Below, piece by piece: positions 16,742 to 25,944 of a stretch of DNA of 64,000 nt. The translations under genes were made by a program, and so were the position numbers. This DNA comes from an uncultured Gammaproteobacteria bacterium. Lineage in GTDB: Bacteria > Actinomycetota > Acidimicrobiia > Spongiisociales > SHLN01. The notes under the pieces were generated by a model. The model saw only the letters and a program-made list of their open reading frames with translations, was not told the DNA's origin and searched no databases. The stretch covers positions 17,681 to 81,680 of the forward strand of contig CAXMQV010000127.1 of NCBI GenBank assembly GCA_964195905.1. The letters run 5' to 3'. Within the stretch, counting starts at the first letter, position 1, and each line of letters starts with the position of its first letter.

Positions 16742-17905
16742 TTATCCCGCCCACTCCTGGAGGCGGGTGAGGCCTTCCTCGAGGTTCTCGTCGGACAAGG
16801 CGAACGAGAAACGCAGGAACCCGGGCGCACCGAAGGCATCGCCGGGCACGGCTGCGATCTCGATTTCCTCCAAGAGCACCGTGGCCAGGTCGAGGCTCGA
16901 AGAGATCCCTTTCTTCTCCATGAGCTCGGTTACGTCCGGAAAGGCGTAGAAAGCTCCCTGCGGTTCCACCAATTGAACGCCCGCGGTCGACCGCAGCATC
17001 GACACCATCCGGAGACGCCGCCGATCAAAGGCTTCACGCATCGCGTGGGCGGACTCGAGGCCGCCCTCGAGAGCAGCCAACGCTGCGATCTGCGACACAT
17101 TTGCAACGTTCGAGCTCAGATGCGACTGGAGCGAGGAAGCCGCCTTGGCAACGGCGGGCGGAGCAATCAACCAGCCAACTCGCCACCCGGTCATCGCATA
17201 CGTCTTGGAGACCCCGTTCACATGGACGTAGTAATCCAGGACCTCGGGGGCGGCCGCCGCCATTGAGACGGCTTCGGCGCCGCCGTAGGTGAGGTGTTCG
17301 TAGATCTCGTCGCTCAGCACCCAGACGCCGTGCTCGGCCGCCCACCGCCCAATGGCGGCGATCTCGCCGGCCTCATACACGACACCGGTCGGGTTCGAGG
17401 GTGACGCGAAGATGAGCATCTTCGTCTTGTCGGTGCGGTATTCCTCCAGGGTCTCTGGAGTCACCTTCAGATCCGACCCGTGCGGCACTGCCACCGGTAT
17501 GGCGCCCGCCAGCTTCACAGTCTCGGGATAGGTGACCCAATACGGAGCGGGGATCAGCGCCTCGTCTCCGGGATCGAGCAGCACCGAGCAAGCCTGGTAC
17601 ACCGCTTGCTTGGCCCCATTGGTCACGACCACCTGGCTCGCCTCGGCGTTCATGGCAGGTGCGGTGCCGGCGACCGCAGCCCGCAACGCGGGCATACCCG
17701 CCGCCGGGCCGTAGTGGTGGGCTTTCGGGTCGCGGCAGGCAGCCTCGGCCGCGGCCACGATGTGGTCCGGCGTGGCGAAGTCGGGCTCTCCGGCCCCGAA
17801 ACCGATGACCGCCTTGCCGGCCGCCCGCAGCCGGGCCGCCTTGGCAGTCACGGCCATCGTCACAGACTCGGACATCGCCTCTGCCCGGTGTGAAAGCGCG
17901 CTCAT
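16742..17905 (-). CDS. class-I pyridoxal-phosphate aminotransferase (aspartate aminotransferase-like)
   Basis: GEPDF, SPSNPTG, SKTYAMTGWRVGW (PLP lysine). ATGA overlap with ferritin at 17902-17905. Confidence 0.9.
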   Translation of the reverse strand: MSALSHRAEAMSESVTMAVTAKAARLRAAGKAVIGFGAGEPDFATPDHIVAAAEAACRDPKAHHYGPAAGMPALRAAVAGTAPAMNAEASQVVVTNGAKQAVYQACSVLLDPGDEALIPAPYWVTYPETVKLAGAIPVAVPHGSDLKVTPETLEEYRTDKTKMLIFASPSNPTGVVYEAGEIAAIGRWAAEHGVWVLSDEIYEHLTYGGAEAVSMAAAAPEVLDYYVHVNGVSKTYAMTGWRVGWLIAPPAVAKAASSLQSHLSSNVANVSQIAALAALEGGLESAHAMREAFDRRRLRMVSMLRSTAGVQLVEPQGAFYAFPDVTELMEKKGISSSLDLATVLLEEIEIAAVPGDAFGAPGFLRFSFALSDENLEEGLTRLQEWAG

Positions 17906-18402
17906 TCTTCCCCCTTTCTGGCGCCGAGCTCGCGATCGAGCATAAGCAGCACCTGCTGGTCGTCCCCCGCCCGGCGCAGGTCTTCGACGACCTGGTCGAC
18001 CGAGGCTTCCTCTTCTACTTGTTCGCTGATGAACCAGGTGAGAAGCGGGATCGCTTCGTACTCCGCCTCTGCGTTGGCGAGTGTGTAGAGGGCGTTGATG
18101 GAGGCCGTCACCGACTTCTCCTGGGCGAGGGCAGATTCGAAGACTTCGAGGGCCGACCCGAAAACCGCCCTGGGAGAGTCAATCGTTCCCAGACTGACGT
18201 CCTCTCCCCGGTCGACCACGAACTCGAAGAACTTCAGGCCGTGGGCTCGCTCCTCCGCCGATTGCATCTGCATCCATGCCGCCATGCCCGGCAGATTCTG
18301 TGATTCAAACCACCCCGCCATGGCGAGATACGAATGCGATGCCGACAGCTCCATAGTGATCTGATCATTGAGGGCGGCGAGCATCTTCTTGTTAAGGGGC
18401 AT
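17902..18402 (-). CDS. ferritin
   Basis: LNDQITMELSASHSYLAMA...QSAEERAHGLKFFEF ferroxidase-centre pattern. Start at MPLNKK. Confidence 0.85.
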   Translation of the reverse strand: MPLNKKMLAALNDQITMELSASHSYLAMAGWFESQNLPGMAAWMQMQSAEERAHGLKFFEFVVDRGEDVSLGTIDSPRAVFGSALEVFESALAQEKSVTASINALYTLANAEAEYEAIPLLTWFISEQVEEEASVDQVVEDLRRAGDDQQVLLMLDRELGARKGEE

Positions 18403-18465
18403 GGCGTCTCCTTGCCGATTGTTGATCAACCCAAGTCTATGGCCCCCCAGACCGGGATCGTCTGG

Positions 18466-19620
18466 CTAGGGCAAGTACTGCTCTTCGATGCGGATCACGG
18501 TGTCGCCCTCGAGCTGTATCCAGTATGGGAGGTGTCCATTCCCGTACCAGTGCCAATCATCTCCCCCAATACGTGCACAGTCATCGGGCCAATCGGCGGT
18601 TTCGCAACGATCGACCTCGGCGAGGAGATCAATCCATACCGGAAGGGCCACGGGGATTGGCTCGATCTGCTGGCGGGAACCGAGCAACAGCACGTCAACG
18701 CCATCTGCGAGCGGGAAGGTACGCAGACGCGGATTGTCATTGACGATGAAGTAGTCGTTTGGCACTCCCTCACCTGGTCCGATATCGCCGGCAGCTTCGG
18801 CTGCCAGATCGGCTTCCAGCCCACCGAGGAAGAATGCATAGTCGATGGTCAACTCGTAGCCGGAGCCACGGGCGGCGACGTCGGTCACCGTCCCGAAGTG
18901 GATATCGGTCGCTTCCCCGCGCGACGTGCCGTGCCAGAAGCCTGCGATGTCCCAAAGCGTGAACACCGTCTCGCACGGGATTCCGTCGCGATCGGCGTCC
19001 ATCCGATCCGGTTGGCCCTCCATGAACCAGTACGCCACCGCGTGGGGGTACCCCGCAAAGGTGCTCTCAGAGGCGATCAGATCCCGGCAGAACATGCCGG
19101 CACCGATCGTCTGATAGTCGGCCACGAGAGAACCCCCCACCTCATACCAGTGGGTGGCGTCCTCGCCGGTCACGAGGACCGTGATGGCGAAGGGATCGGG
19201 CCAATACTCGCGCTCTTCTTGTGGCGTAGCTTCACACTGCAGCACCGCCCCGAAGGCGACATCACCGCTGTTGTCACATTTGATCGCGACGGGCCCGACG
19301 ACTCCGCGGGGCTTCTCTGGCTGGTAGTAGTCCCATCGAGCCTGGTAATCGGCTTCAACCGAGGCGACAACGGCGGCAACGGGGATGTCGCCGGCGACGC
19401 TTGTGCTCACCATGGTGGTCGTGGTCGTGGCAGGGGCCGCAAGGGTCGTAGTTGTTATCGGAGACGCACCCGGCGCCGTCGTGGGCGGCGGATCAATAGA
19501 CACAGTCGTCGTTGTGGTGGGAAACGCTATGCCGCTGGTGGCGGTATCACTGGTGGTGCACGCCGTCGCCACTAGACCCAGAACCAGACCAACAACGAAA
19601 AGCCGTATTCGCATCGTCAC
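18466..19620 (-). CDS. lipoprotein with Thr/Pro-rich linker and Excalibur-type Ca-binding motif
   Basis: MRIRLFVVGLVLGLVATAC lipobox. TTTTTVSIDPPPTT linker. DADRDGIPCE matches DxDxDGxxCE. Confidence 0.75.
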   Translation of the reverse strand: MTMRIRLFVVGLVLGLVATACTTSDTATSGIAFPTTTTTVSIDPPPTTAPGASPITTTTLAAPATTTTTMVSTSVAGDIPVAAVVASVEADYQARWDYYQPEKPRGVVGPVAIKCDNSGDVAFGAVLQCEATPQEEREYWPDPFAITVLVTGEDATHWYEVGGSLVADYQTIGAGMFCRDLIASESTFAGYPHAVAYWFMEGQPDRMDADRDGIPCETVFTLWDIAGFWHGTSRGEATDIHFGTVTDVAARGSGYELTIDYAFFLGGLEADLAAEAAGDIGPGEGVPNDYFIVNDNPRLRTFPLADGVDVLLLGSRQQIEPIPVALPVWIDLLAEVDRCETADWPDDCARIGGDDWHWYGNGHLPYWIQLEGDTVIRIEEQYLP

Positions 19621-19757
19621 CCTCGGGCAATCATCCCTTCAATACCTTCACCATCGACCGACGCCATCGGCCGGACTAGAGCAATTGGGCCTGAAGTGCT
19701 CGCGTACATCAACAATGAGACGTGTACCGCGCCGTTCTGGTTCACGACATCCTGGCC

Positions 19758-19820
19758 GGTGACAGGTGATAGGTGACAGGTGACAGGTGACGGGTGACCG
19801 TTGGCCGTTGACCGGTGACG
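19758..19820. repeat. tandem heptamer array (GGTGACN) x9, the longest in the window
   Basis: ggtgaca ggtgata ggtgaca ggtgaca ggtgacg ggtgacc gttggcc gttgacc ggtgacg. Ends 3 nt before the ppk stop codon. Confidence 0.95.
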
Positions 19821-19823
19821 TTC

Positions 19824-21968
19824 CTATGCAATCAGCCAGGGATCGCGTTGTTGAATCATCCGCAGCTGGCTGTCGAAGGGCAGTTCGCCATCGGTGGGTT
19901 GTCGACGCGTATAGGTTCCATCTGCGTGCAGGTAGCGGGTCTGGGCGGTGTCGGCCAGGTGGAGCTTGAAAATCTTCTCCATGACAATGCGCTGAATGTC
20001 GGGGTCCTCGACCGGATAGAGCGCCTCGACCCGCCGGTTGAGGTTGCGAGGCATGAGATCGGCCGATCCAATGAAGATCTCCGGGTCCCCACCGTTTCCG
20101 AAGTAGTAGATGCGGGCGTGCTCGAGGTAGCGCCCGACGATCGAGGTCACGGTGATGTTCTCGGAAACCCCCGGCACACCCGGTCGCAGGGCACAAATCC
20201 CTCGTACCTGCAGATCGATCTTCACCCCAGTCTGGGAGGCGGCGTAGAGCTGGGCGATGATGTCGCGATCGATGAGGGCGTTCATCTTGAAGGCGAGATA
20301 CCCCGTTCCGAGGGTTTCGTGGATGGCGACCTCGCGCTCAATGCGCCACTCGAGCTCTTCTCGCATGGTGTTTGGCGCCACGAGTAGTTTCCGGTAGTCG
20401 TCTTTTCTCGAGTATCCGGTGAGCGAGTTGAACACATCGGAAACGTCCGCCCCGATGTCGGGATCGGTCGTGAACAACCCGATGTCGGTGTAGATCCGCG
20501 CGGTGCCGACGTTGTAGTTGCCAGACGACATGTGGACATACCGCCGCAGTCCGTCGGGATCCCTTCGCACCACCATGGAGAGTTTGGCGTGGGTTTTGAG
20601 GCCCATCACTCCGTACACGACGTGCACGCCCGCCTCTTCCAGTGCCCGGGCCCACTCAATATTGGTGGTCTCATCGAAGCGAGCCTTCAGCTCCACAAGG
20701 ACCGCTACCTGCTTGTGCTTCTCCCGGGCCTCAAGGAGGGCGTCGACAATCGGTGAATTCGAACCAATCCGATAGAGGGTCTGTTTGATGGTGAGCACCT
20801 GGGGATCTCGAGCCGCCTCGCGGATGAAGTCGACCACCGGGGTGAAGCTGTCATATGGGTGGTAGAGAACGATGTCACGGCGCTGCATGATGGAGAAGAT
20901 GCTCTCGTCGGTTTGGAGAACGGGCGGCAACTTCGGCTGGATCGTGGGCTCCTTCAGGTCGGGTCGGTCCACCACCATCAGGTCCATGAGATCTGCCATG
21001 CCGAGAGGGCCCTCGGTGGCGAACACTTGATAGGGAGCCAGGTCGAGGTTGGCCACCAGAATGTCGCGGATGTGATCGGGGGTGCTGGCGTCGATTTCGA
21101 GCCGAACGGCCGAACCGAACTGGCGCATTTCGAGGCCCTCACTGACGGCGGCCAGCAGGTCGGCGGCCTCGTCCTCTTCGATCTCGACGTCGGCATCGCG
21201 GGTGACCCGGAAGGCGTAAGCGTCAACCACTTCCACGCCCGGAAACAGCAGACCGAGGCTGTCATGTACCACTTCTTCGATCCAGACGAAGTTGTTGGCG
21301 GCCACTTCGGCCAACCCGAGTGTCTCGAATGCCTCGGCCCGCTCTTCTGATGGGATCCGCAGCAACCGGGGAAGTGTGTGGGGGACCTTGACCCTGGCGA
21401 ATCTCTCGCCGAGCCGCGGATCTCGCAACACGACCGCCAGGTTCACCGACAGGTTGGAAATGTGCGGAAACGGATGGCTCGGGTCGAAAGCAAGCGGAGT
21501 GAGGGCGGGAAAGATCTCGGACTCGAAGTACTTCCTGAGCAGTTTGCGCTGCTTCTTCTTGAGGTCTTCCAGCAGGAGAATCTGGATGCCTTCCTCGGCC
21601 AGCTCTTCGATGATCCCGCTCCACGCCTCGTCAAACCGTTCGAGCTGGGGTTGCAGTCGCAGGCGGATGGCGGCGAGCTGCTCGGCCGGAGTCATGCCGT
21701 CGGCGGGCGCTTCAAGTGCTCCCGCCAGCAGCTGGTTGCGAAGTCCCGAGACCCTGATCATGAAGAACTCGTCGAGATTCGAGGCGAAGATGGAGAGGAA
21801 TTTGATTCGCTCGAAGAGAGGACGCTGCCCATCGGTTGCTTCTTCGAGCACCCTCAAATTGAACTGTAACCAGCTGAGCTCACGGTTGATATAGAGCTCC
21901 GGGCTGTACAGATCCGGGTACGTGCTGGCAGAGCCGAGCGGGCTCTCGATTGCCATTGGTCTCCTCAT
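19824..21968 (-). CDS. ppk: polyphosphate kinase 1
   Basis: 714 aa. YINRELSWLQFNLRVLEE, RIKFLSIFASNLDEFFMIRV, two PLD-like C-terminal domains (HAKLSMVVR). Confidence 0.95.
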   Translation of the reverse strand: MRRPMAIESPLGSASTYPDLYSPELYINRELSWLQFNLRVLEEATDGQRPLFERIKFLSIFASNLDEFFMIRVSGLRNQLLAGALEAPADGMTPAEQLAAIRLRLQPQLERFDEAWSGIIEELAEEGIQILLLEDLKKKQRKLLRKYFESEIFPALTPLAFDPSHPFPHISNLSVNLAVVLRDPRLGERFARVKVPHTLPRLLRIPSEERAEAFETLGLAEVAANNFVWIEEVVHDSLGLLFPGVEVVDAYAFRVTRDADVEIEEDEAADLLAAVSEGLEMRQFGSAVRLEIDASTPDHIRDILVANLDLAPYQVFATEGPLGMADLMDLMVVDRPDLKEPTIQPKLPPVLQTDESIFSIMQRRDIVLYHPYDSFTPVVDFIREAARDPQVLTIKQTLYRIGSNSPIVDALLEAREKHKQVAVLVELKARFDETTNIEWARALEEAGVHVVYGVMGLKTHAKLSMVVRRDPDGLRRYVHMSSGNYNVGTARIYTDIGLFTTDPDIGADVSDVFNSLTGYSRKDDYRKLLVAPNTMREELEWRIEREVAIHETLGTGYLAFKMNALIDRDIIAQLYAASQTGVKIDLQVRGICALRPGVPGVSENITVTSIVGRYLEHARIYYFGNGGDPEIFIGSADLMPRNLNRRVEALYPVEDPDIQRIVMEKIFKLHLADTAQTRYLHADGTYTRRQPTDGELPFDSQLRMIQQRDPWLIA

Positions 21969-22065
21969 CCCCTCGGAAGGGCGCGAATTCTAAGGCTGAA
22001 TGGTCTCGGGGGCCATACCCCAGTTTGTTCGGCATCAGGACCGCACATCTGAAAGACTGCGTGGT

Positions 22066-22575
22066 ATGAAACGACTTCTTCTCCTGCGACACGCCAAATC
22101 TGATTGGGATTCGGGGGTGGCCGGCGATCACGATCGGCCCCTCGCCTCCCGGGGCCGCAAGTCGGCCAAGGCGATTGGCCGGTTCATTGCCCTGGCGGGC
22201 CTCGAGCCGGATTACGCGATCACCTCGACTGCGGTACGGGCCAGATCAACCCTCGAGCTCGCCATGGAGGCCGGCGACTGGACCTGCCCCGTCAATGAGA
22301 CTCGCGATCTGTACCACGCCGGTGTAGCCGACGTGCTGGCCGTTGTGGGCGAAGCAGCCGACTCGGACGAGGCGGTCCTCATCGTCGGCCACCAACCGAC
22401 CTGGAGCGGGGTGGTCGAGGCCCTCACCGGGGCGGCCACGCGAATGGCAACCGGAACGCTGGTCGGAATCGATCTCGGCTCGGACTCGTGGCGAGCGATC
22501 AGGCCCGGTCTCGGAGAGCTCGCCTTCATCGTCCCTCCCCGCCTCTTCACCGACGGCAGCTTCGATCTTGGCTGA
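22066..22575 (+). CDS. histidine phosphatase superfamily protein (SixA-like)
   Basis: MKRLLLLRHAKSDW (RHG-type motif), later LIVGHQP. Divergent from ppk. Confidence 0.8.
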   Translation: MKRLLLLRHAKSDWDSGVAGDHDRPLASRGRKSAKAIGRFIALAGLEPDYAITSTAVRARSTLELAMEAGDWTCPVNETRDLYHAGVADVLAVVGEAADSDEAVLIVGHQPTWSGVVEALTGAATRMATGTLVGIDLGSDSWRAIRPGLGELAFIVPPRLFTDGSFDLG

Positions 22576-23233
22576 ATACGACATCATTGGAGACGTCCAC
22601 GGGTGCCTCAACACCCTCCGACATCTCCTTGTGGACCTCGGCTACGCCGAGGACGGCAGTCACCCCGATGGCCGCCGGCTCGCCTTCGTCGGAGACCTCG
22701 TAACGCGCGGTGTGCACTCCGAGGAGACGTTCGTCTACGTCATGCGGTTGGTGGGAGCCGGGCGCGCCTCGGCGGTGCGCGGCAACCAGGACCTCGTCTG
22801 GGCCGAAACCCACTCCAGGCTGGCCGGCTGGATCAACTCCATGCCGCTCCAGCTGCTCGTTGATGAGGGCCGGCTGCTCATCGTGCACGCCGCCGTCAAG
22901 GCGGAGGTGATCGGCCGGGCCGACGCTGAGGCCGAACGATGGTGCTTGCTCGGCAACCCGATGCTGGGATCGGACGGCGAGGAATTCCGACCCGATTGGC
23001 AGGAAACCTACGACGGCGTCCCCTTTGTCGTCGCCGGACACTCGGTTGTCCACGAACCACGGTTCCGCGAGGCCGGTGGTGGGTCGGTCGTCATCGATAC
23101 CGGCGCCTCGCACGGCGCCAACGCCCGCGACCGTTTCACCGGCGAACCATTCGAGGGCTACCTGTCGGCGTTGCGCTGGCCGGAGCGAACCACGATGAGC
23201 GTGCCAACCGACCCGAGAGACCTTCCGAGCTAG
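22568..23233 (+). CDS. calcineurin-like metallophosphoesterase (ApaH/PrpE-like)
   Basis: (M)AEYDIIGDVHG, FVGDLVTRG, RGNQD (variant of GNHD/E), VAGHS. TTG start at 22568 inferred from the family N-terminus. Confidence 0.75.
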   Translation: MAEYDIIGDVHGCLNTLRHLLVDLGYAEDGSHPDGRRLAFVGDLVTRGVHSEETFVYVMRLVGAGRASAVRGNQDLVWAETHSRLAGWINSMPLQLLVDEGRLLIVHAAVKAEVIGRADAEAERWCLLGNPMLGSDGEEFRPDWQETYDGVPFVVAGHSVVHEPRFREAGGGSVVIDTGASHGANARDRFTGEPFEGYLSALRWPERTTMSVPTDPRDLPS

Positions 23234-23275
23234 CCAGCTTGCTAGTAGAGATCGTGGGCGCCGATCGGCGGTCGG

Positions 23276-24334
23276 CTAGCGAGCCAGATCGGCGGCTCCG
23301 GCCGCCACCAGCTTGACCAGGTCGCCCAGGCCGGCGAATCGTTCATCGCGGGTCTGGCCCCGTACCCACCGGATATGGATCTGGGCAAGAATGACGGCCA
23401 CCCGGTAGAGCCCGAGCACGTGATAGAACCGGATGCCCGACACATCCCGCCCGCTGGCCAGGGCATACCGCTCGACGATGTCAGCCCGGCTGGGGAATCC
23501 GGTGGCATCGTGGGGCATCGGAGAGAAGGCCTGGACCTGCTCGGGGTCGTCATCGTCGATCCAGTAGGTGAGGAGAGTTCCAAGGTCCGAAAGGGGATCG
23601 CCAAGCGTGGCCATGTCCCAATCGAACACGGCCACCAGCCGCCCGGGATCGTCGGCGGCGAACATCGAGTTGTCGAGCTTGTAGTCGTTGTGGATGAGGG
23701 CGGAACCGAGATCGGGAGGCAGGTTGTCAACCAGCCACCGATGGGCCACGTTCATGGCGGGCAGATCTTCTGACTTGGCCTTTTCCCACCGCCCGAACCA
23801 TCCCTGCACCTGCCGTTCGATGAAGCCGGCCGGCTTCCCGAGGTCGCCGAGCCCGAGGGCGGAGTAGTCGATGGCGTGCAACCGGGCCAACCCATCGACG
23901 AGCGCCTCTCCGAGACGTCGAGCTGCATCGGGCACGGCCGAATAGGCCTCAGGCATCCGCCGTCTGACCACCAGCCCATACCGGCGTTCCATCACGAAGA
24001 AGGGTGCCCCCAGAATCGAATCGTCCTCGCACAACAGAAACGATTGAGGGGCCGGGTCGTAAACCTGATGGATGCGTGACAGGACCGCGTGCTCCCGAGC
24101 CATGTCGTGCGACTTGGGAGCGATGGGGCCGAGCGGCGGGCGACGCAGCACATAGACATGCTCGCCGTAATCGAGCTCGAACGTGAGATTGGCGGCCCCA
24201 CCCCCGAATTGCCGGACGGTCAGCGGTTCCCCGGAGCCGGGGAGCCGTCCCTGTAGATAGGCGGCAAGGGCCCCCTCGTCGAAGCGCTCATCGGGTCGCA
24301 CCTCGATGGTTTCGCCTTCGGGCTCGGGGATCAC
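23276..24334 (-). CDS. phosphotransferase (APH/ChoK-like kinase) family protein
   Basis: GGGAANLTFEL, IHNDYKLDN, VFDWDMATLGDPLSDLG. The start is uncertain: GTG at 24334 is preferred, GTG at 24397 is possible, and the ORF is open to 24526. Confidence 0.8.
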   Translation of the reverse strand: MIPEPEGETIEVRPDERFDEGALAAYLQGRLPGSGEPLTVRQFGGGAANLTFELDYGEHVYVLRRPPLGPIAPKSHDMAREHAVLSRIHQVYDPAPQSFLLCEDDSILGAPFFVMERRYGLVVRRRMPEAYSAVPDAARRLGEALVDGLARLHAIDYSALGLGDLGKPAGFIERQVQGWFGRWEKAKSEDLPAMNVAHRWLVDNLPPDLGSALIHNDYKLDNSMFAADDPGRLVAVFDWDMATLGDPLSDLGTLLTYWIDDDDPEQVQAFSPMPHDATGFPSRADIVERYALASGRDVSGIRFYHVLGLYRVAVILAQIHIRWVRGQTRDERFAGLGDLVKLVAAGAADLAR

Positions 24335-24399
24335 AACGTCGGCCGGTTCTCTGTCACACTCGAAGAGTAGATTCGGATTTCGAAAGAAGGCATTCACAC

Positions 24400-25203
24400 A
24401 TGCCAGAACGCACCTCGTACACACCCGGGACTTTCTCGTGGGTCGACCTTGCAAGCAGCGATCTCGAAGCTGCCCGGGTTTTCTACTCGGGGCTCTTCGG
24501 CTGGGAATACGACGCCCAGGAATCACCGATGGGTGTCTACGTCATGGCCCTCAAGAACGGCACGCCGGTGGCCGGAATGGCGACCCTGCCGGTCGAGCAG
24601 CAGGAAATGGGGGTTCCGTCGATGTGGAGCTCCTGCGTATCGGTCGACAGTGCCGACGAAAGCGCCGCCAAGGCCGCCGGGCTGGGGGGCACCATCATGA
24701 TGGCCCCGATGGACGCAATGGAGGCGGGCCGGATGGCCTTCATCATTGCGCCGGGCGGTGAGGTATTCGGGCTGTGGGAGCCCAGGGACCACATCGGCGC
24801 CGGACTCGTCAACGAAGCAGGCACCCTGAGCTGGAACGAGCTCTACACCCGTGATCTCGAGGAGGCCAAGGCCTTCTACAGCGGTCTATTCGGATGGAAC
24901 ATCCACACCGGACCCAACCCGAGCGGCCAGGGCGAGTACACCGTCATCCAGGTCGGTGAGAACATGAACGGGGGCATGCTGACTATCGACGAGAACTGGC
25001 CGGATGACGTGCCGCCGAATTGGGCCGTCTACTTCAACGTCGACGACGCCGCCGGGACCACGGCCAAGGCCAAGGACCTGGGCGGTCAGGTCATAATGCC
25101 GGCCATGGACATCCCGGAGGTGGGCACGCTGGTGGTGCTGCAGGACCCGACCGGGGCGGTGTTCACCATCATGGAGCCGGCACCACAGCTGGACGAGTCA
25201 TAG
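24400..25203 (+). CDS. two-domain VOC (glyoxalase/bleomycin-resistance fold) protein
   Basis: Duplicated module FYSGLFGWEY... / FYSGLFGWNI... Confidence 0.8.
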   Translation: MPERTSYTPGTFSWVDLASSDLEAARVFYSGLFGWEYDAQESPMGVYVMALKNGTPVAGMATLPVEQQEMGVPSMWSSCVSVDSADESAAKAAGLGGTIMMAPMDAMEAGRMAFIIAPGGEVFGLWEPRDHIGAGLVNEAGTLSWNELYTRDLEEAKAFYSGLFGWNIHTGPNPSGQGEYTVIQVGENMNGGMLTIDENWPDDVPPNWAVYFNVDDAAGTTAKAKDLGGQVIMPAMDIPEVGTLVVLQDPTGAVFTIMEPAPQLDES

Positions 25204-25227
25204 GCGGACGGCCGCAGGACACCGGTT

Positions 25228-25258
25228 GAGCGAGGGAGGCCCCCGGCCTCCCTCGCTC
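25228..25258 (+). terminator. 14-bp hairpin after the VOC gene
   Basis: GAGCGAGGGAGGCC-ccc-GGCCTCCCTCGCTC, 25 nt after the stop. Confidence 0.6.
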
Positions 25259-25280
25259 GCGTCCGAATTAGCCTGTACGC

Positions 25281-25925
25281 ATGACCAACAGCAAGCGCAC
25301 TGAGGTTCGTCGCCTCCCGGAACGGGGCGACTACGACCGCGACCTCATCAATTCGATCCTTGACGAGGCCCTCATTTGTCACGTCGGATTCGTTTCCGAA
25401 CAGGGATATCCGGTAGTTATCCCGACCATTCACGCCCGATCCGAAAGCACGCTGTACCTGCACGGATCCCCGGCCAGCCGCATGCTGCGGGCTGTGAAGG
25501 AGGGTGCCGACGTCTGCGTCACCGTGACGCTGATTGACAGCCTCGTGCTGGCACGCTCGGTGTTCCATCACTCGATGAACTACCGCTCCGTGGTGGTCTT
25601 CGGCAACCCCCGAGAAGTCACCGACCCCAACGAGAAGCTGCGAGCGCTCGAGGTCATCACCGACCATGTGGTGCCTGGCCGCTGGGCCGATGCCCGTCAC
25701 CCGAACGACCTGGAGTCCAAGGGCACCACCGTGCTCGCCATCGAGATCGACGAGGCCTCGGCCAAGACCCGGAGCGGGCCGCCCGGCGACGATGACGAGG
25801 ACTACGCCCTGCCAATCTGGGCAGGCGTGGTCCCTGTCACAACCACCTTCGGCCCTCTAATCGACGACCCCCTCCTCACCGACGGCATCGACCCACCCGA
25901 CTACGTGACCGACTACCGGCGCTAA
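25281..25925 (+). CDS. pyridoxamine 5'-phosphate oxidase-like FMN-binding protein (Pyridox_ox_2 type)
   Basis: RRLPERGDYDRDLINSILDEALICHVGF...PTIHARSESTLYLHGS. Confidence 0.75.
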   Translation: MTNSKRTEVRRLPERGDYDRDLINSILDEALICHVGFVSEQGYPVVIPTIHARSESTLYLHGSPASRMLRAVKEGADVCVTVTLIDSLVLARSVFHHSMNYRSVVVFGNPREVTDPNEKLRALEVITDHVVPGRWADARHPNDLESKGTTVLAIEIDEASAKTRSGPPGDDDEDYALPIWAGVVPVTTTFGPLIDDPLLTDGIDPPDYVTDYRR

Positions 25926-25944
25926 CGACGCCTACGATCACGCA

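Noticed and set aside
18334-19575. 413-aa + strand ORF
   Set aside because: It lies antisense to the Excalibur-motif lipoprotein and overlaps the ferritin start. No motifs, and shadow-type composition.
19758-19820. Possibility that the repeat arrays are CRISPR arrays
   Set aside because: The period is 7 nt with no spacers, the arrays are at most 63 nt long, and there are no cas genes. They are simple tandem repeats.
24335-24526. N-terminal extension of the APH-family ORF (up to 416 aa)
   Set aside because: The extension overlaps the divergent VOC gene start and is Arg/Pro-rich. The family N-terminus begins near EVRPDERFDEGALAAYL.
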